A stretch of 63,212 nucleotides of DNA, filler included, from Octopus bimaculoides (GCF_001194135.2; 5 parts of 5 records of this genome joined end to end with filler, not necessarily neighbours in it); one strand, 5' to 3'. Numbered from the whole stretch's first letter, positions 39,161 to 53,077 are shown. Notes: generated by a model not told the origin, from the sequence alone. Translations and numbers: made by a program.

Positions 39161-40149
39161 NNNNNNNNNNNNNNNNNNNNNNNNNNNNNNNNNNNNNNNN
39201 NNNNNNNNNNNNNNNNNNNNNNNNNNNNNNNNNNNNNNNNNNNNNNNNNNNNNNNNNNNNNNNNNNNNNNNNNNNNNNNNNNNNNNNNNNNNNNNNNNNN
39301 NNNNNNNNNNNNNNNNNNNNNNNNNNNNNNNNNNNNNNNNNTATATATATATATATAAAGTTTTAATCCAGACTTCTTATTAAGCATTCACTCTACTTCC
39401 TCATGGATTGTTCTCTGTTGGAGATTTCCAGACTCTTCCGCGAGAAGTTCTTAGATTACAGTGGATGAGAAACGTCCTATGGATAGCTGACAAATAGCTC
39501 AGTATCCATCCGAAGTTTGTACTAATATTCTTTTTGTTTTTTTTTTCTGGTTATTAGGCGCTGGAATGGCTCTGTAGTAAGTAGCTTGCTTCCAGGTTCA
39601 CAGGTTCAATCCCACTGTAACCTCGGGCCGACCAAAGCTTTGTGAGTGAATTTGATAGACAGAAACTGAAAAAAGTCCGCTGTATGTATAAATACTTATC
39701 TGTGTGTATGTGTGTGTGTGTGTGTCTTTATGCCTGTGTTTGTCCCCCACCACTGCTTGAACAACCGGTGTTGGTGTGTTTAAGTCTGTAATTTAGCGGT
39801 TCGGGAAAATTGATTGATAGAATAACTACCAGGCTTTAAAAAACATAAGTACTGGGGTCGATTCATTCAACTAAAAATTATTCAATGCGGTACCCCAGCA
39901 TGGCCGCAGTTAAATGACTGAAACAAGTAAAGGATAAAAGATTAAAAAACATGACCCTTAATTACCTTCTCGATAGATACCTCGACTGGAAATTCCTTGT
40001 GTATATCGCATAAGTGCGTATAACCTTCGTTATCTTACGATAGGTTGTGAATTTTACTTCTTTCTCTAGGGGCACAGGCTTTCTTGGAAGGTAGGGGACC
40101 ACTTGCCTTCTCGAAGCTGTGTAGAATTCCGTCTTGTCGGATGCTGAGT

Positions 40150-41664
40150 TGAGTACATCTTCCTTCTTGCAGGTGTATGGGGCGTCTGACTATTAGTAAC
40201 TGTGAGAAACACATGCCTCTGGAAAGGGTGTGTGGAAAACCCATTTTTGGAAAGATTTGTGGGGTATTTCTTTGCAGGAAGGTTAATGAACACCCGTTTG
40301 TATGAAGAGGTTTGACGCACTTGTGTATTCACTGCATATAGAATACCTGCATACGGGAAAGTATTTTGGGGGGCAACGTTATATGAGTAGATGTTTAGAT
40401 CATCTGTTTGCTGGAAGGTGTCTGTAGCACTTGCATGTGAGGGTATGTGTAGAGCACGTCAGGTAAAAGACCTTAAAGTGGACTTGTTTGTGAGGTGATA
40501 TTTGGAATACTTAATCAGATGGTATGCGGAGCAAGTGACAGTGGGATGTGTTTGGAGCACCTGCTTGCGAAAAGATAGGTGAAGCGCCTGATCAAAAAGT
40601 TGAGTCGAACATGTGGGAATATGTGGTGCATCTGCATGAGAGAAGGTATGTGGGAAGGGGTTAAGAGTGTCTGTCTGTGGGAAAATGTGTGGGGCAGCTG
40701 ACTGTGGGAAGCGTTTGTCAGTGAGAAAATTTTTGCATCACCTGCTCGTGGGAAGATGTTTAGAGCAATTGTCTGCTGGAAGTGTTTCAGAGCATTTGCT
40801 TTCGGGAAGCAGTGTGGAAACTTCCACATCTACACGTAGAAGTTTTGTGGAATACCTACTTGGAGGTGAGTGGAGCATCAGTGTGTGGGAAGGTGTCTGT
40901 ACCCCTTGTTTGTGGGAAGGTGTGTATAGCATTTGCTAGTGGGAATGTGCTTGTAGAAGTTGCCTGTGGAAATTTGTGTAAAGCACCGGCATGTGAGAAA
41001 GTGTATCATGTACTTGCTTGCGGGAAGATGTGTGGGAAAGGTTCCAGTAGCAAGGAGCGTGAAGTACCTGACGGCGGAAAGGCGTGTGGGTCACCTGTCG
41101 TTGCGAAGTTATATGGAACATTTCACTGTGAGAAGGTTTGCGGAGCATGTGACTATGTAAACGTATACAGAGCACCTACCTGTGGAAGGGTGAGTACAAG
41201 CCTGTGGAACTTGTGTTAAGTATAAATCTTACGAGGTGTTCAAAGCCACTTCTTGTGGAAATAGTGTGAAATATTTTCTTGTGGAAAGGTCTGTGGGGAA
41301 CCTGCGTTTTTGGAAACTGTGTTGAGCACTTGTTTGTGGGAAGGTGCGGAACATATGTTCGTGGAATGTATGTGTATCACTTTGTGGGAAAGTATGTAGA
41401 TCACCTGCTTGATTGAAATTGTGTGGAACTTCTGAATGTGGGAAGTTGTGTAAAACACTTGCTTTTGGGAAAGTGTGAGAATACAAGTGGGAAGATTTGT
41501 GTAATATTGTCATTGGGGAGTTGGGTGGAGCTTATGGGAAAAGGGCGTGGAGTGGAAGTTCTTCTGGGAAGGCATGTGGATTACATGCTTATGAAAAGGT
41601 AGGTGGGTCATATTCTTGTGGGAAATCATGTGCTAAGGCGCTCCACACATCGTATCATAAGACA

Positions 41665-41714
<50 letters not shown>

Positions 41715-41960
41715 CTCTCTCTCTCTCTCTCTCTCTCCCTCTCTCTCTCTTTCTCTCTCTCTCACACATACACCTTCATAAAAGATGTTACTCCACAGAC
41801 CTTGGAAAGGTATACGGAGCAGCTAATTGCGGTAAGATTTTTGCAGCGCCTACATGTCGGAAGGTGTGTGGAAAGCCTGCTTTTGGGAAGGTGTGTGAAT
41901 TACCAATTTCTTTACAAGTTGTGGAGCATCTTCTTGTGGGAAGGTGTGTGGAACACCTAC
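40150..41960. repeat. Degenerate ~27-bp minisatellite (consensus approx. tgtgggaaggtgtgtggagcacctgct), interrupted by (CTTT)n(CT)n at ~41665-41765
   Basis: Recurrent tgtgg(g)aa(g)gtgtgtgga motif. The translations show 9-residue periodicity (CGKVCGAPA on +, HTFPQAGxx on -). Confidence 0.8.
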
Positions 41961-44460
41961 CTCCAGAAAGAAAAGGCGGAAGCTCCTTTGGTTCTTACCG
42001 TGGAGCCTACTCTCATTGCTGGTATCTCTATCCGATGCCTTATTCTGTCTTCCTTTTACCCCACTTCTATGCGCAGAAGTCCTTGAAGAGATACAGTTTG
42101 GCTCTACACGACTTTGGCCGTGTACACCAACCTGATTAACCTCCTCACTGATCTTATAATGGCGATCGAGATATCCATCTGATCTTCCAAGATCAGCACG
42201 CGATACAAGCCTAAAATGACTTCATCGATCACGTTTTGCTGCATTACTTCTGCATTCCTCACTTCCCGTAATTTGCTTCTAAAGTGACAATAATCCAAGG
42301 TCCACGCCCTTACTAATACCCATAACCCTCGTGTTTCATTTCCCCGTATTCAGTTTTTGAATATTTGTGAAGCATCTGCCCTACGTATTTCTTCAACTCG
42401 CCTTTATCTTAAAGACCAGACTGATCGATGGGACAGACATCATACCACACAGCCTTTTGCTTGTTTGCCATCTCCAGGAAGAATTTGTCTGGCAAAGAGG
42501 GCTGCCTTTAGTGACATTCTTCATTCACAGTATTTCTTTTCTTGAAGTACATGCATGTCTTTTATTTAAAATGGTAAAATCTTACTTGTTTTGCTTTTGT
42601 AATTAGTCTTTGCTCTTTCACCGCTTGTGTTTGCAAGGTCTGAATGTCTGTTTACAAAGCATTTATTTGTTCAGTTGTCATTTTTCTCAGTTTCTTAGTT
42701 TCTCAAATTTCTATTGTTTTAAAATATTCAAAAATATGTTAAAATTTTTATTTAGGAATATTCGTGGATTTCAGTTTCTCAGAGCTAGCTAACATGATTC
42801 AATTGTAAATATGCTTGCAAAGATATATTAATTATCTAAATCTTAATATGAGGTACATGCTCAAATGTCTTAGCGCCTGTAGAAGCCATAAGCTTCACCT
42901 CTGTCAGCAGCAGTTATATTCTTCGCTTTTGGTATCAGTGTTGCTGCTGCTAAACCTTTTAGTTTTCATATCGTTAGACTTCACTTTAGCAGCGGCCATA
43001 GGCATTATCTCTGTCACCGGTGTTAGCGGAGGTCCAAATGCTTAACCCTGGCAACAGTCATATTCTTCAACTCTGGCCACAGCGCTAGCAGCAGCCATAA
43101 CCATTACTTCTGGCCACAGCAGCAGCAGCAACCGCCGTCGTAGCAACAGCAGCGGCGGCAGCTATAATTTTCAGTTCTGGCTGATAGAGAATTAAATTGG
43201 TTTACGTTCCGCTTCCAAACTCTGTTCGGATTTTAGGGTTGGGGTTGGAGTTGGAGCGTTGGTCATACCATAAAACCAGGCACAAGCAACTTTTTTGTGG
43301 AAGCGAGTCGCATGAGACATGGCTTTTAATCAGGAAAGCTGCACTACTAAAAAAATCCAAGGTAATTTTTCGTTTGGTGTGCCATTCAGAAAATCATGCG
43401 GGCTGCAGTTAGCCCCTGACCGATATACGGTAACTTATCTGTAAAGCCTTTCCTCACTAGTTGTCCGTTTCGTTATGATCCTTATGATGGGCTGTGGCCC
43501 CCGTTGAAGATCTCCGTACGTCAATAAATTAGAGATTCTTCTATTGATGCCTGTCACTAAGTTCCTAAATACAACGTGGAAGGTTGGAGTTACTAAGTTA
43601 ATGGGTTTGGTAGACGGAAATGGAACGAAGTCCCATAACTGTGTGTGTGTTTGACGAGCCCACATATGAGACCGGATCAAACTTTTAAATCTATATCATA
43701 ATTCTGCTCTTTCGTTCGTTCACATGTTACGCTTTAGTTTGTTAGAAAGAGGGAAAGGTGGAATGAGAGTAATAGAGAGGAAGGGAAAATGAGAGAAAAT
43801 GGGAGGGGGAGTAAGTTAGCACTTCCACCAACCACGCTGTCACATGCTTAGTGAAAATAAGAGGTGGAGAGAAAGTGAAAGAAAGAGGGGAATGTCATGG
43901 TAAAAAAGTTTGTTGAAGAGGTTGAGAGAAAGAGAAAGAAAAAGAAAGGGAGAGAGAGAGAGGGGGAAGAAAAGGAAAAGAGAAAGAAAGAGAGAGATGG
44001 GGGAAGAGAAGTCAAGAGGTAGAGAGAGAAGAAGAGAGACAGAGAGAAATATAAAGTGATTAACAGAGGGAATTTTAAAATCAAATAATATATTATTGTG
44101 AATGGAAGGGAAATAACAGTGGATGTTATTTTCTTTTTAATGTGTAGCGGAATTGAAACTAATCATGTAAATAAAAACATTGTGTATATTCTCTATATCG
44201 TTTTGTGTACGCTAATTGTATATAACGTACAGTAATTATGATAAAATGTTACGAAATAAGGATTATGCAAATGCATTTTGATTTTGCAGTTTCAATAGAA
44301 TTAAATACTAACGAGTGATATGTGTAGTAAAGTAATGTGTAAATTGTTATTGTATATTTCTCTATCATTTATTGCACAGGAAACAATGCAGATCATCATT
44401 TCTTTCTTAAATAGCTCCCCTTAATTTTTTTCCTTCCGTGGAATCTCCATGGGTTTCGCT

Positions 44461-44710
<250 letters not shown>

Positions 44711-44712
44711 AG

Positions 44713-44793
44713 ATAGATAGATAGAAGAGTTCTTTACTTTTGTATAGATAGGTTAATCGTATACAAAAGTAAAGAACTCTTCTATCTATCTAT
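44713..44793. repeat. Perfect 34-bp inverted repeat with a 13-nt loop
   Basis: atagatagatagaagagttctttacttttgtata (44713-44746) is the exact reverse complement of 44760-44793. Confidence 0.95.
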
Positions 44794-44831
44794 TATATTT
44801 CTGCTGAGTTACTTCAGTCCTTTATATGAAC

Positions 44832-44880
<49 letters not shown>

Positions 44881-44884
<4 letters not shown>

Positions 44885-45010
44885 TCTTGTTTTATTGGCC
44901 ACAAGGGCTAATATAAATCAGGAAACATGTAAGGACAAAGACAGAACGAAGGGTACAAAGGGCTTTGCGAAAAAGAAAACGTTCTTGTAAACAATGATAA
45001 CAGCGAAAGA
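44881..45010 (-). mobile_element. Short 3' terminal fragment of a Tx1-related LINE
   Basis: Shares tttattggccacaagggct with the 3' end of the Tx1 element at 33692, at the same position next to an (AAT)n array. Confidence 0.6.
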
Positions 45011-45240
45011 TATAACGGCGAGCTGGCAGAATCGCTAGCACGCTGGACGAAATGCTTAGCAGTATTTCGCCCGTCGCTACGTTCTAAGTTCAAATTGCGT
45101 CGAGGCCGACTTTGCCTTTCATCCTTCGGTGTCGATAAATTATCTACTAGTGAAGCACTGGAGTCGATGTAATCGGCCAGCTCCCTCACCCTAATTTCAG
45201 GCCTTGTGCCTTTAGTAGAAAGGTTTATTATTATTATTGT

Positions 45241-46021
45241 TCAGTAGTTTTATTTTTATAACGTGCTTTCACTTCACTACCGAGCGCAGCTCTGTGTGCC
45301 TTGGGTATGTGTTGTGGTTTGCTGTGATGCACTTATGGTTACTGTATTGAAAATGTTTTGTCCAGTTAAGGATATTGTAGCTGTAACTTATAACTGGGAC
45401 GGCTAAAGTGTTAATACCTATTATCTTGTTTTCAGCATTGAGCTCTGTTTTCAGTATTGATCTAACTCGTCTATAATATTTCTTTCTTATCTTCTCTTTC
45501 ATTTGTGTGTGTTGTATCGTATCTAATTCATTGATTCCTAAATATTTGTATGTCTGGCTTTGGTCTAATTCTCTTATTTCATTGGCTGTATCTAGTGTGA
45601 TGTTGCTACTCTTAACTAGTTTTTCTCTTTCCAAAGTTGCTTTGGCACATTTTTCTAATCCAAATTTCATATCTATTTCTTTGGTAAATCCATGTACTGT
45701 CTGTAGTAGTGTTTCCAGCTGTTTATCATTTGTAGCGTACAGTTTTAGGTCATCCATATATAAAAGGTGGCTGATTGCTTTGCCGTAACATTTGTATCCG
45801 CATCCAGTTCTGTTTAGCATATCAGATAAAAGTGTCAGTGCCAAGCAGAAAAGGAGTGGAGAGAGCGTTTTTCCCTGGAATATTCCTCTTCTAATGGAGA
45901 TGGCTTTGGTTTTCACGAGTCCCTCTTTTGTTTGGAGCTGTAGTACTGTCTGCCATTTATTCATAGTGTGTCTTATGTATTTTATAATTATTGGTGCTAC
46001 CTTGTTTATGGCTAGTGTTTC
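45241..46021 (-). mobile_element. R4/Dong-clade RT fragment with a large internal deletion, joined to a 3' terminal module
   Basis: Open frame: IRRGIFQGKTLSPLLFCLAL...SHLLYMDDLKLY...MKFGLEKCA...YKYLG...RRVRSILKTELN...AVPVISYSYNILNWTK. It is joined directly to a 3' end nearly identical to 38650-38766. (AAT)n lies at the 3' side and a long (AAG)n at the 5' side. Confidence 0.92.
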
Positions 46022-46023
46022 AT

Positions 46024-46150
46024 TCTTCTTCTTCTTCTTCTTCTTCTTCTTCTTCTTCTTCTTCTTCTTCTTCTTCTTCTTCTTCTTCTTCTTCTTCTTC
46101 TTCTTCTTCTTCTTCTTCTTCTTCTTCTTCTTCTTCTTCTTCTTCTTCTT

Positions 46151-46180
<30 letters not shown>
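46024..46180. repeat. Pure (TTC)n array of ~50 units
   Basis: Uninterrupted ttc repeats. This is the source of the poly-K/poly-F/poly-S ORFs. Confidence 0.95.
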
Positions 46181-46181
<1 letters not shown>

Positions 46182-46374
46182 TCTAAAATAATTTGTGTCG
46201 CCCCATACAACTTAAAGGTTTATAAGCTAGTCATGGGTGTAACTGTGTGCTAAGAATTTCCTTTCCCAGCCACATGGTTCTGGGTTCAGTCCCACTGCAT
46301 GGAACCTTGGGCAAGTATCGTCCACTATAGCCTTGGGCCGACCGAAGCCTTGTGAGTGGATTTGGTACCTATGA

Positions 46375-46490
46375 GTGTGTCTTTTTGTATGTGTTCGTCT
46401 TTCTGTATGTGTGTGTCTTTTTGTATGTGTGCGTCTTTCTGTATGTGTGTGTCTTTTTCCGTATGTGTGTGTCTTTTTGTATGTATTTGC
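46375..46490. repeat. 18-bp minisatellite (gtgtgtctttttgtatgt) x6 with alternating variants
   Basis: Visible tandem units alternating ttttt and tttct. Confidence 0.8.
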
Positions 46491-47516
46491 CTTTCTATCA
46501 CCTCTTGATAACCGGTACTGATTTGTTTACGTCCTCGAAACATAGCTGCTTGACGAAAGAGACTGATAGATTAAGTACCAGGCTTAAAAAATAAGTACTA
46601 CAGCGGGTCCATTTGTTCGACAGAATCCTTTAAGGCAGTAGTGTCCCAGCATGGCCGCAGTCGAATGATTTAAACAGGTAAAAGATAATATATATTTGTG
46701 TGTGTGTGCGTGCGCATGTGTGTATGTCTATGCATAAATGTATGCTAGTATTTGCTGATGTTTGCATGTGCATGAGTGCTTGCTGTGCATAATAAGTGCA
46801 AAAATCCGACTCTTTACATAGAGAAGCCCCATGAGAAGTCAATGACTGTTGCCAAATGAAAAAAATGCAACTTGAGTTGAAGCAGTGAAGATATTGTCTG
46901 ATTCTATAGAATATAATTTTGTATCACTTTCTCGTAAAACTCTATCGAGGATGGTAAGAGAAAAATTGAGGTTCTGCAAGAGATTGATTCTTTTCGAATC
47001 AATGGACGATTTGTTTTAGCAAATGGAATTGCCTAAAGACATTCAATCTGGATTCTCTCCAAAACAGGATCAATGATACATTTTGGCAATTTGGAAACTC
47101 TGCCATAAATTTTATCTAAATGGTGTTAGCACCAACCGCACATATATACAGAAAAAATAAAATGGTAGTAAAAAGTAACCTGGTGTATATTAGTTCTAAC
47201 CCTGTGCGAAGCAATTATTTTAAATTCATTGAACTTAACCTATTATTTGTGATCCTTAAACATATCACAGAGTTAATAAATCTAAATTTTTGCGTATTGC
47301 ATCAGATATATTTACTCATAAATTACATTCAAGTATTTTTTATTCGTTTATATGTCTTACATATCTTATATCCTTATATGAAATATAAGAAATATCTACA
47401 GAGGAAAGCGACGGAGAATACTTTTAATTATATTTCTTATATGGTCGGATAGAACATTAAAAGATTTATGTGGAAATCACACACATACAAACATACGCAC
47501 ACACACTTCTTCTTCT

Positions 47517-47861
47517 TCTTTGGCACTCCGTCGCTTACGACGTCGAGGGTTCCAGTTGATCCGATCAACGGAACAGCCTGCTCGCGAAATTAACGTGCAA
47601 GTGGCTGAGCACTCCACAGACACGTGTACCCTTAACGTAGTTCGCGGGGATATTCAGCGTGACACAGTGTGACAAGGCTGACCCTTTGAATTACAGGCAC
47701 AACAGAAACAGGAAGTAAGAGTGAGAGAAAGTTGTGGTGAAAGAGTACAGCAGGGTTCGCCACCACCCCCTGCCGGAGCCTCGTGGAGCTTTAGGTGTTT
47801 TCACTCAATAAACACTTACAACGCCCGGTCTGGGAATCGAAACCGCGATCCTATGACCGCG
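47517..47861 (-). mobile_element. SINE family D, young CpG-rich copy, truncated 5' by an N gap
   Basis: B-box-like ggtttcgattccc on the minus strand, full body, (gaa)n tail. Confidence 0.8.
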
Positions 47862-47985
47862 ANNNNNNNNNNNNNNNNNNNNNNNNNNNNNNNNNNNNNN
47901 NNNNNNNNNNNNNNNNNNNNNNNNNNNNNNNNNNNNNNNNNNNNNNNNNNNNNNNNNNNNNNNNNNNNNNNNNNNNNNNNNNNNN

Positions 47986-48049
<64 letters not shown>

Positions 48050-48830
48050 GTATATGCGCGTGTATATATATGCGCGTGTATATATATACACACATAGTTA
48101 TATATGAAGTTATACATATATATAAATGAATGCATGCATTTATGTACATATGAGTGTGTGTATGTGAGTGCGTATGTGTGTGTGTGTGTGCGAGTGTGTA
48201 TGTGACCAATTTGATACATATATGCAAGCAAAATTAAACACACCAACACAAGGAAGTACAGTTCTCTTTCATTTATTAAAAGCTGAAAAATCTGCAGATA
48301 ACACGCACGCATATGCATACATATGCCTGTGTGTATACAAAGGAATAAATTACTTGCGCGCGCGCGCGCGGGGGTTCCTTCAAAGTCGAAGAGGTCTACG
48401 AGTTATGTGTTCTGTTGTGTACGAGTTAGGAAGCACATTCACTGGTATTAAGGTAGACCTGTAAATGAATGATGGGATTAGTGTTTCATATAGAGTAAGC
48501 TGTGTATATCTTACGCCTGTAGTAAAAATGAAAATTCATAACAATGTTTGATAAATATTAGAACGGTCATGTGACAATGAATGTGTCATCTGCAACGGGA
48601 GAATGAAGTATTTTTCAGCAACATCTGACAACCAACAAGCAGAAATGTTATGTAGTACAATTCACCTTGTAACATTTACGTTAAAAGCCCCCAAATCCTA
48701 CAAGCTGTTAAATAACAGCAATAGACAGCGTAAACAACTTTCAACTGCAAGTACATGTTCAATATTACTAAGAGCCATTATACAAAAAGTACTGAATACA
48801 AATTGACAATCATGACTGAACTGTGGCTAG

Positions 48831-48879
<49 letters not shown>

Positions 48880-49930
48880 GCAACATACATTGCAATCGAT
48901 TCCATTGTTTGCTTTACTGTCTCAAACTTTTAGCAAAAAATGCTCTTGTGCCCAGTCGAAAGAAAACATAACGGAGAAAGAAATATTAACCACCATTTAG
49001 AAAACGTTTTAATATTTCACTTAACTGCAACAGAGATTACTCTTTTTGAAGGTATGGCATAATGTGTCTAATGGAAAATATTTATGTTGTTGTTGAGTTT
49101 ATTCCCAGATTATGTGGCCTTTTTACTGGCGGAGAGAATATGTCTCGAACTACATTATCTAAATAAATAAATATCAAAAATGTCTGAGATGAGTCGATAA
49201 TATGGCTGTAACGTTTCAGTCAAACATTGTTTTCAAATTTTAGCACAAGGCCAGCAATTTCGGTGAAGGGGCGAAGTCGATTAAATCTACCCCCAGTGCT
49301 CGACCCCCGGAAGGATGAAAGGCAAAGTTGACCTCAGCAGAATTTGAATTCACAACGTGATGACGGACGAAATAACGCTAAGCATTTTGTCCGGCGTACT
49401 AACAAATCTGCCAGCTGGCCACATTATTGATTTGTAACATTGATACAAAGTCTCAGTTAATATTATCAATAAGCAGGAAGGTGGATTGTAAGGATTGGTG
49501 GAACATCTGGTATACATACTTGCAGTATTATTATAGATTCCATTACGTTCGAAGTTAAAATCCCACCGAACGTAACTTTATAATCCATTCTTCGGAGAGA
49601 TCGACTGCATAACACACAACAATCTCTTCACTCTGAAATTTGAGAGAATGTGCCAATGCTATTATACTCGTTTGTACTACGTGTCACTGTTTTGATTTGT
49701 TAGTTCTATATTCCAGACATTAATGTCAGTTATTCTCTACCCACCTCTCTCTCTCTTTCACTCGCTGTTTCTCCTAACCTTTTTGAAATTATTAAACTAT
49801 TACAATAGTTGATACGTGGTTCCGAAGATATTCAAAGTAGGATCAAGCCAGATCAGATTAGGTTAGACAAGGCTTTCTGTTTTTGTTCTTTGAGAAATAT
49901 ATGTATATATCTCTATCGAACACGCGCGCG

Positions 49931-49965
<35 letters not shown>

Positions 49966-50272
49966 TGGCATCTTCGCACTTTCCTGTCCACCACAAAAAG
50001 CCACTTTCTCTTTCTCTTTCCACTTCCGGTCATTTCAGTAATGTAGCTACACACATGCTGTTGATGATTTCCCCCCTACTTTGGACTTATCCTTTTTCCC
50101 TTTTTCCTTTCCGACGAAGAGCTATGTTTGAAACGTGAAAAACTCTCTCATTTTACTGAGCGTCAAACTATTACATTTCCTGTGCACATATTCTTGTTGT
50201 TTGTTATTGTTATTTTAAATGCTCGTTTATTCTATTTGGCTCTATCTATCTGTTTATGTATGTATGTATGTA

Positions 50273-50356
<84 letters not shown>

Positions 50357-51691
50357 AACTTGAATGCATTTGTCCAAGTGTATGTAATTATAAACCACAT
50401 TGATGGTTAAAAAGATGTCCTACCTGCAAAGGTATACTTTAATGTAAATGCTAAAGTTTCTGTAAGCAGTAATTAAGTTCGTTTAAGTAAAAATGAAGGA
50501 CCCATTTTTGTTGTTGTTTAATATCAGCTTTGTGTAATCATGTTAGATATGATCAAACTACTAAGGTCTTAACTCGTTACCCGGCTTAACCCCACCACGT
50601 ACTATAATGGCTGACTTAGCATATAGTCCATTGTGTGGTAAGCATTCAGGTGAAGCTTCCGCTTTTTATGTAACTTCTTCCTCTAATCCCCAATGCTCTG
50701 TATAAAGTCGCTGGTACTACCTTCTCTCCTGATAAAAAAAAAAAGATACCAAACTGGTGAGATCTAGATATTGTAGACTGACATTTATGGTATTTGAGAA
50801 AGCATCAAGAGTCCTGCTAATCTTTTGGTTATTTAGGTCAAATGGTCACAGTCGAACAAGTCGACCTTCATATGTTAAAATGACAAACAGCTTGCTGCAA
50901 CTGTTGAAAAATAAAATTAAAGTATTTTAATTTCATCGTAAACATTTCATTCAAATATTCAAAACAGAAGATCGAAATTAGTATTATTTCTTTTGTAAAC
51001 ACGAAAAAACATAATAATAATCTTAATATATAAATCTGAAATTGTGTGTTTGTCTGAAGCCTTTTTGAATGTTTATAGAAATTCACATTTTCCACTTTTT
51101 CGTAAAATTTTTTACATCAATGGAATTTTCTCGATCTGAACTTTCCAGTGCAGTAATTAGATTTTTTAAATTCNNNNNNNNNNNNNNNNNNNNNNNNNNN
51201 NNNNNNNNNNNNNNNNNTTAATTAATTAANNNNNNNNNNNNNNNNNNNNNNNNNNNNNNNNNNNNNNNNNNNNTATATATATACACAAGCACAATTATGC
51301 ACACACATATACACACATACGCATATATTTACAGATAGACGGACGTATGTTTGTATGTTTAGTCTTATATACATATATGTGTGCATGAATATTTGATTAG
51401 CTATATATATGAATGTATGTATGTATGCATATATAGGCGCAGTGATTGATATGAGTTAGTGGTCAGATCAAGAATTTTGTTTGTAACCACGACGATTTTG
51501 GGAGACCCCACTACGGTACAGTATGAGTTCGTATGTCTAGTGCTACCTCAGTTAGAACCAAGACTTGTGAATTAAATTAGGAGGGAGGAAACTGTGCTGA
51601 ATCACGCTGCACGCCATCTATATCATACAATATTCCTTTGATTCTACCTCGATGTTATACATTCACTAATTACATACCTGCATGAATTGTT

Positions 51692-51739
<48 letters not shown>

Positions 51740-51915
51740 CACACACACACACCCATACACAAGCATGTGCGTATATATATAAAATATATGTATCCAAGAG
51801 AGTATTAAGCATATGTGTGTGTTTCTATATACATGTATAGATAAATGTGTTTATACCTCCCTATATATATATAACATCAAGGTAAGATATTCATGTATAT
51901 ATATATATATATATG

Positions 51916-51961
<46 letters not shown>

Positions 51962-52971
51962 TCATTTGATTCAGAATACATGAATAGGTATATACTGTTC
52001 ATAGGTATACGTAGTTATTACTACATTTTACTTATACATCCACAAATATGTATGTATAATATTTGCAAAATTAAGAATAATTCTAAATAACATTAATTTA
52101 CGATTTAGCCAATTGATATTCTTAATACTTCCTTCAGAATAAATATACATATATATAAATATATATATACACGCATACATAGATGCATATATGAATATAT
52201 ATATANNNNNNNNNNNNNNNNNNNNNNNNNNNNNNNNNNNNNNNNNNNNNNNNNNNNNNNNNNNNNNNNNNNNNNNNNNNNNNNNNNNNNNNNNNNNNNN
52301 NNNNNNNNNNNNNNNNNNNNNNNNNNNNNNNNNNNNNNNNNNNNNNNNNNNNNNNNNNNNNNNNNNNNNNNNNNNNNNNNNNNNNNNNNNNNNNNNNNNN
52401 NNNNNNNNNNNNNNNNNNNNNNNNNNNNNNNNNNNNNNNNNNNNNNNNNNNNNNNNNNNNNNNNNNNNNNNNNNNNNNNNNNNNNNNNNNNNNNNNNNNN
52501 NNNNNNNNNNNNNNNNNNNNNNNNNNNNNNNNNNNNNNNNNNNNNNNNNNNNNNNNNNNNNNNNNNNNNNNNNNNNNNNNNNNNNNNNNNNNNNNNNNNN
52601 NNNNNNNNNNNNNNNNNNNNNNNNNNNNNNNNNNNNNNNNNNNNNNNNNNNNNNNNNNNNNNNNNNNNNNNNNNNNNNNNNNNNNNNNNNNNNNNNNNNN
52701 NNNNNNNNNNNNNNNNNNNNNNNNNNNNNNNNNNNNNNNNNNNNNNNNNNNNNNNNNNNNNNNNNNNNNNNNNNNNNNNNNNNNNNNNNNNNNNNNNNNN
52801 NNNNNNNNNNNNNNNNNNNNNNNNNNNNNNNNNNNNNNNNNNNNNNNNNNNNNNNNNNNNNNNNNNNNNNNNNNNNNNNNNNNNNNNNNNNNNNNNNNNN
52901 NNNNNNNNNNNNNNNNNNNNNNNNNNNNNNNNNNNNNNNNNNNNNNNNNNNNNNNNNNNNNNNNNNNNNNN

Positions 52972-53013
<42 letters not shown>

Positions 53014-53036
53014 TGTGTATATATATATACATACAC

Positions 53037-53077
<41 letters not shown>

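Noticed and set aside
40150-41960. C2H2 zinc-finger cluster or CRISPR interpretation of the CGK-rich repeat
   Set aside because: The period is 9 aa with no C-x2-C...H-x3-H pattern, and there are no constant repeats with unique spacers in this eukaryotic context.
48755-49000. Poly-Q ORF
   Set aside because: It is a (CAA)n microsatellite with no splice or homology support.
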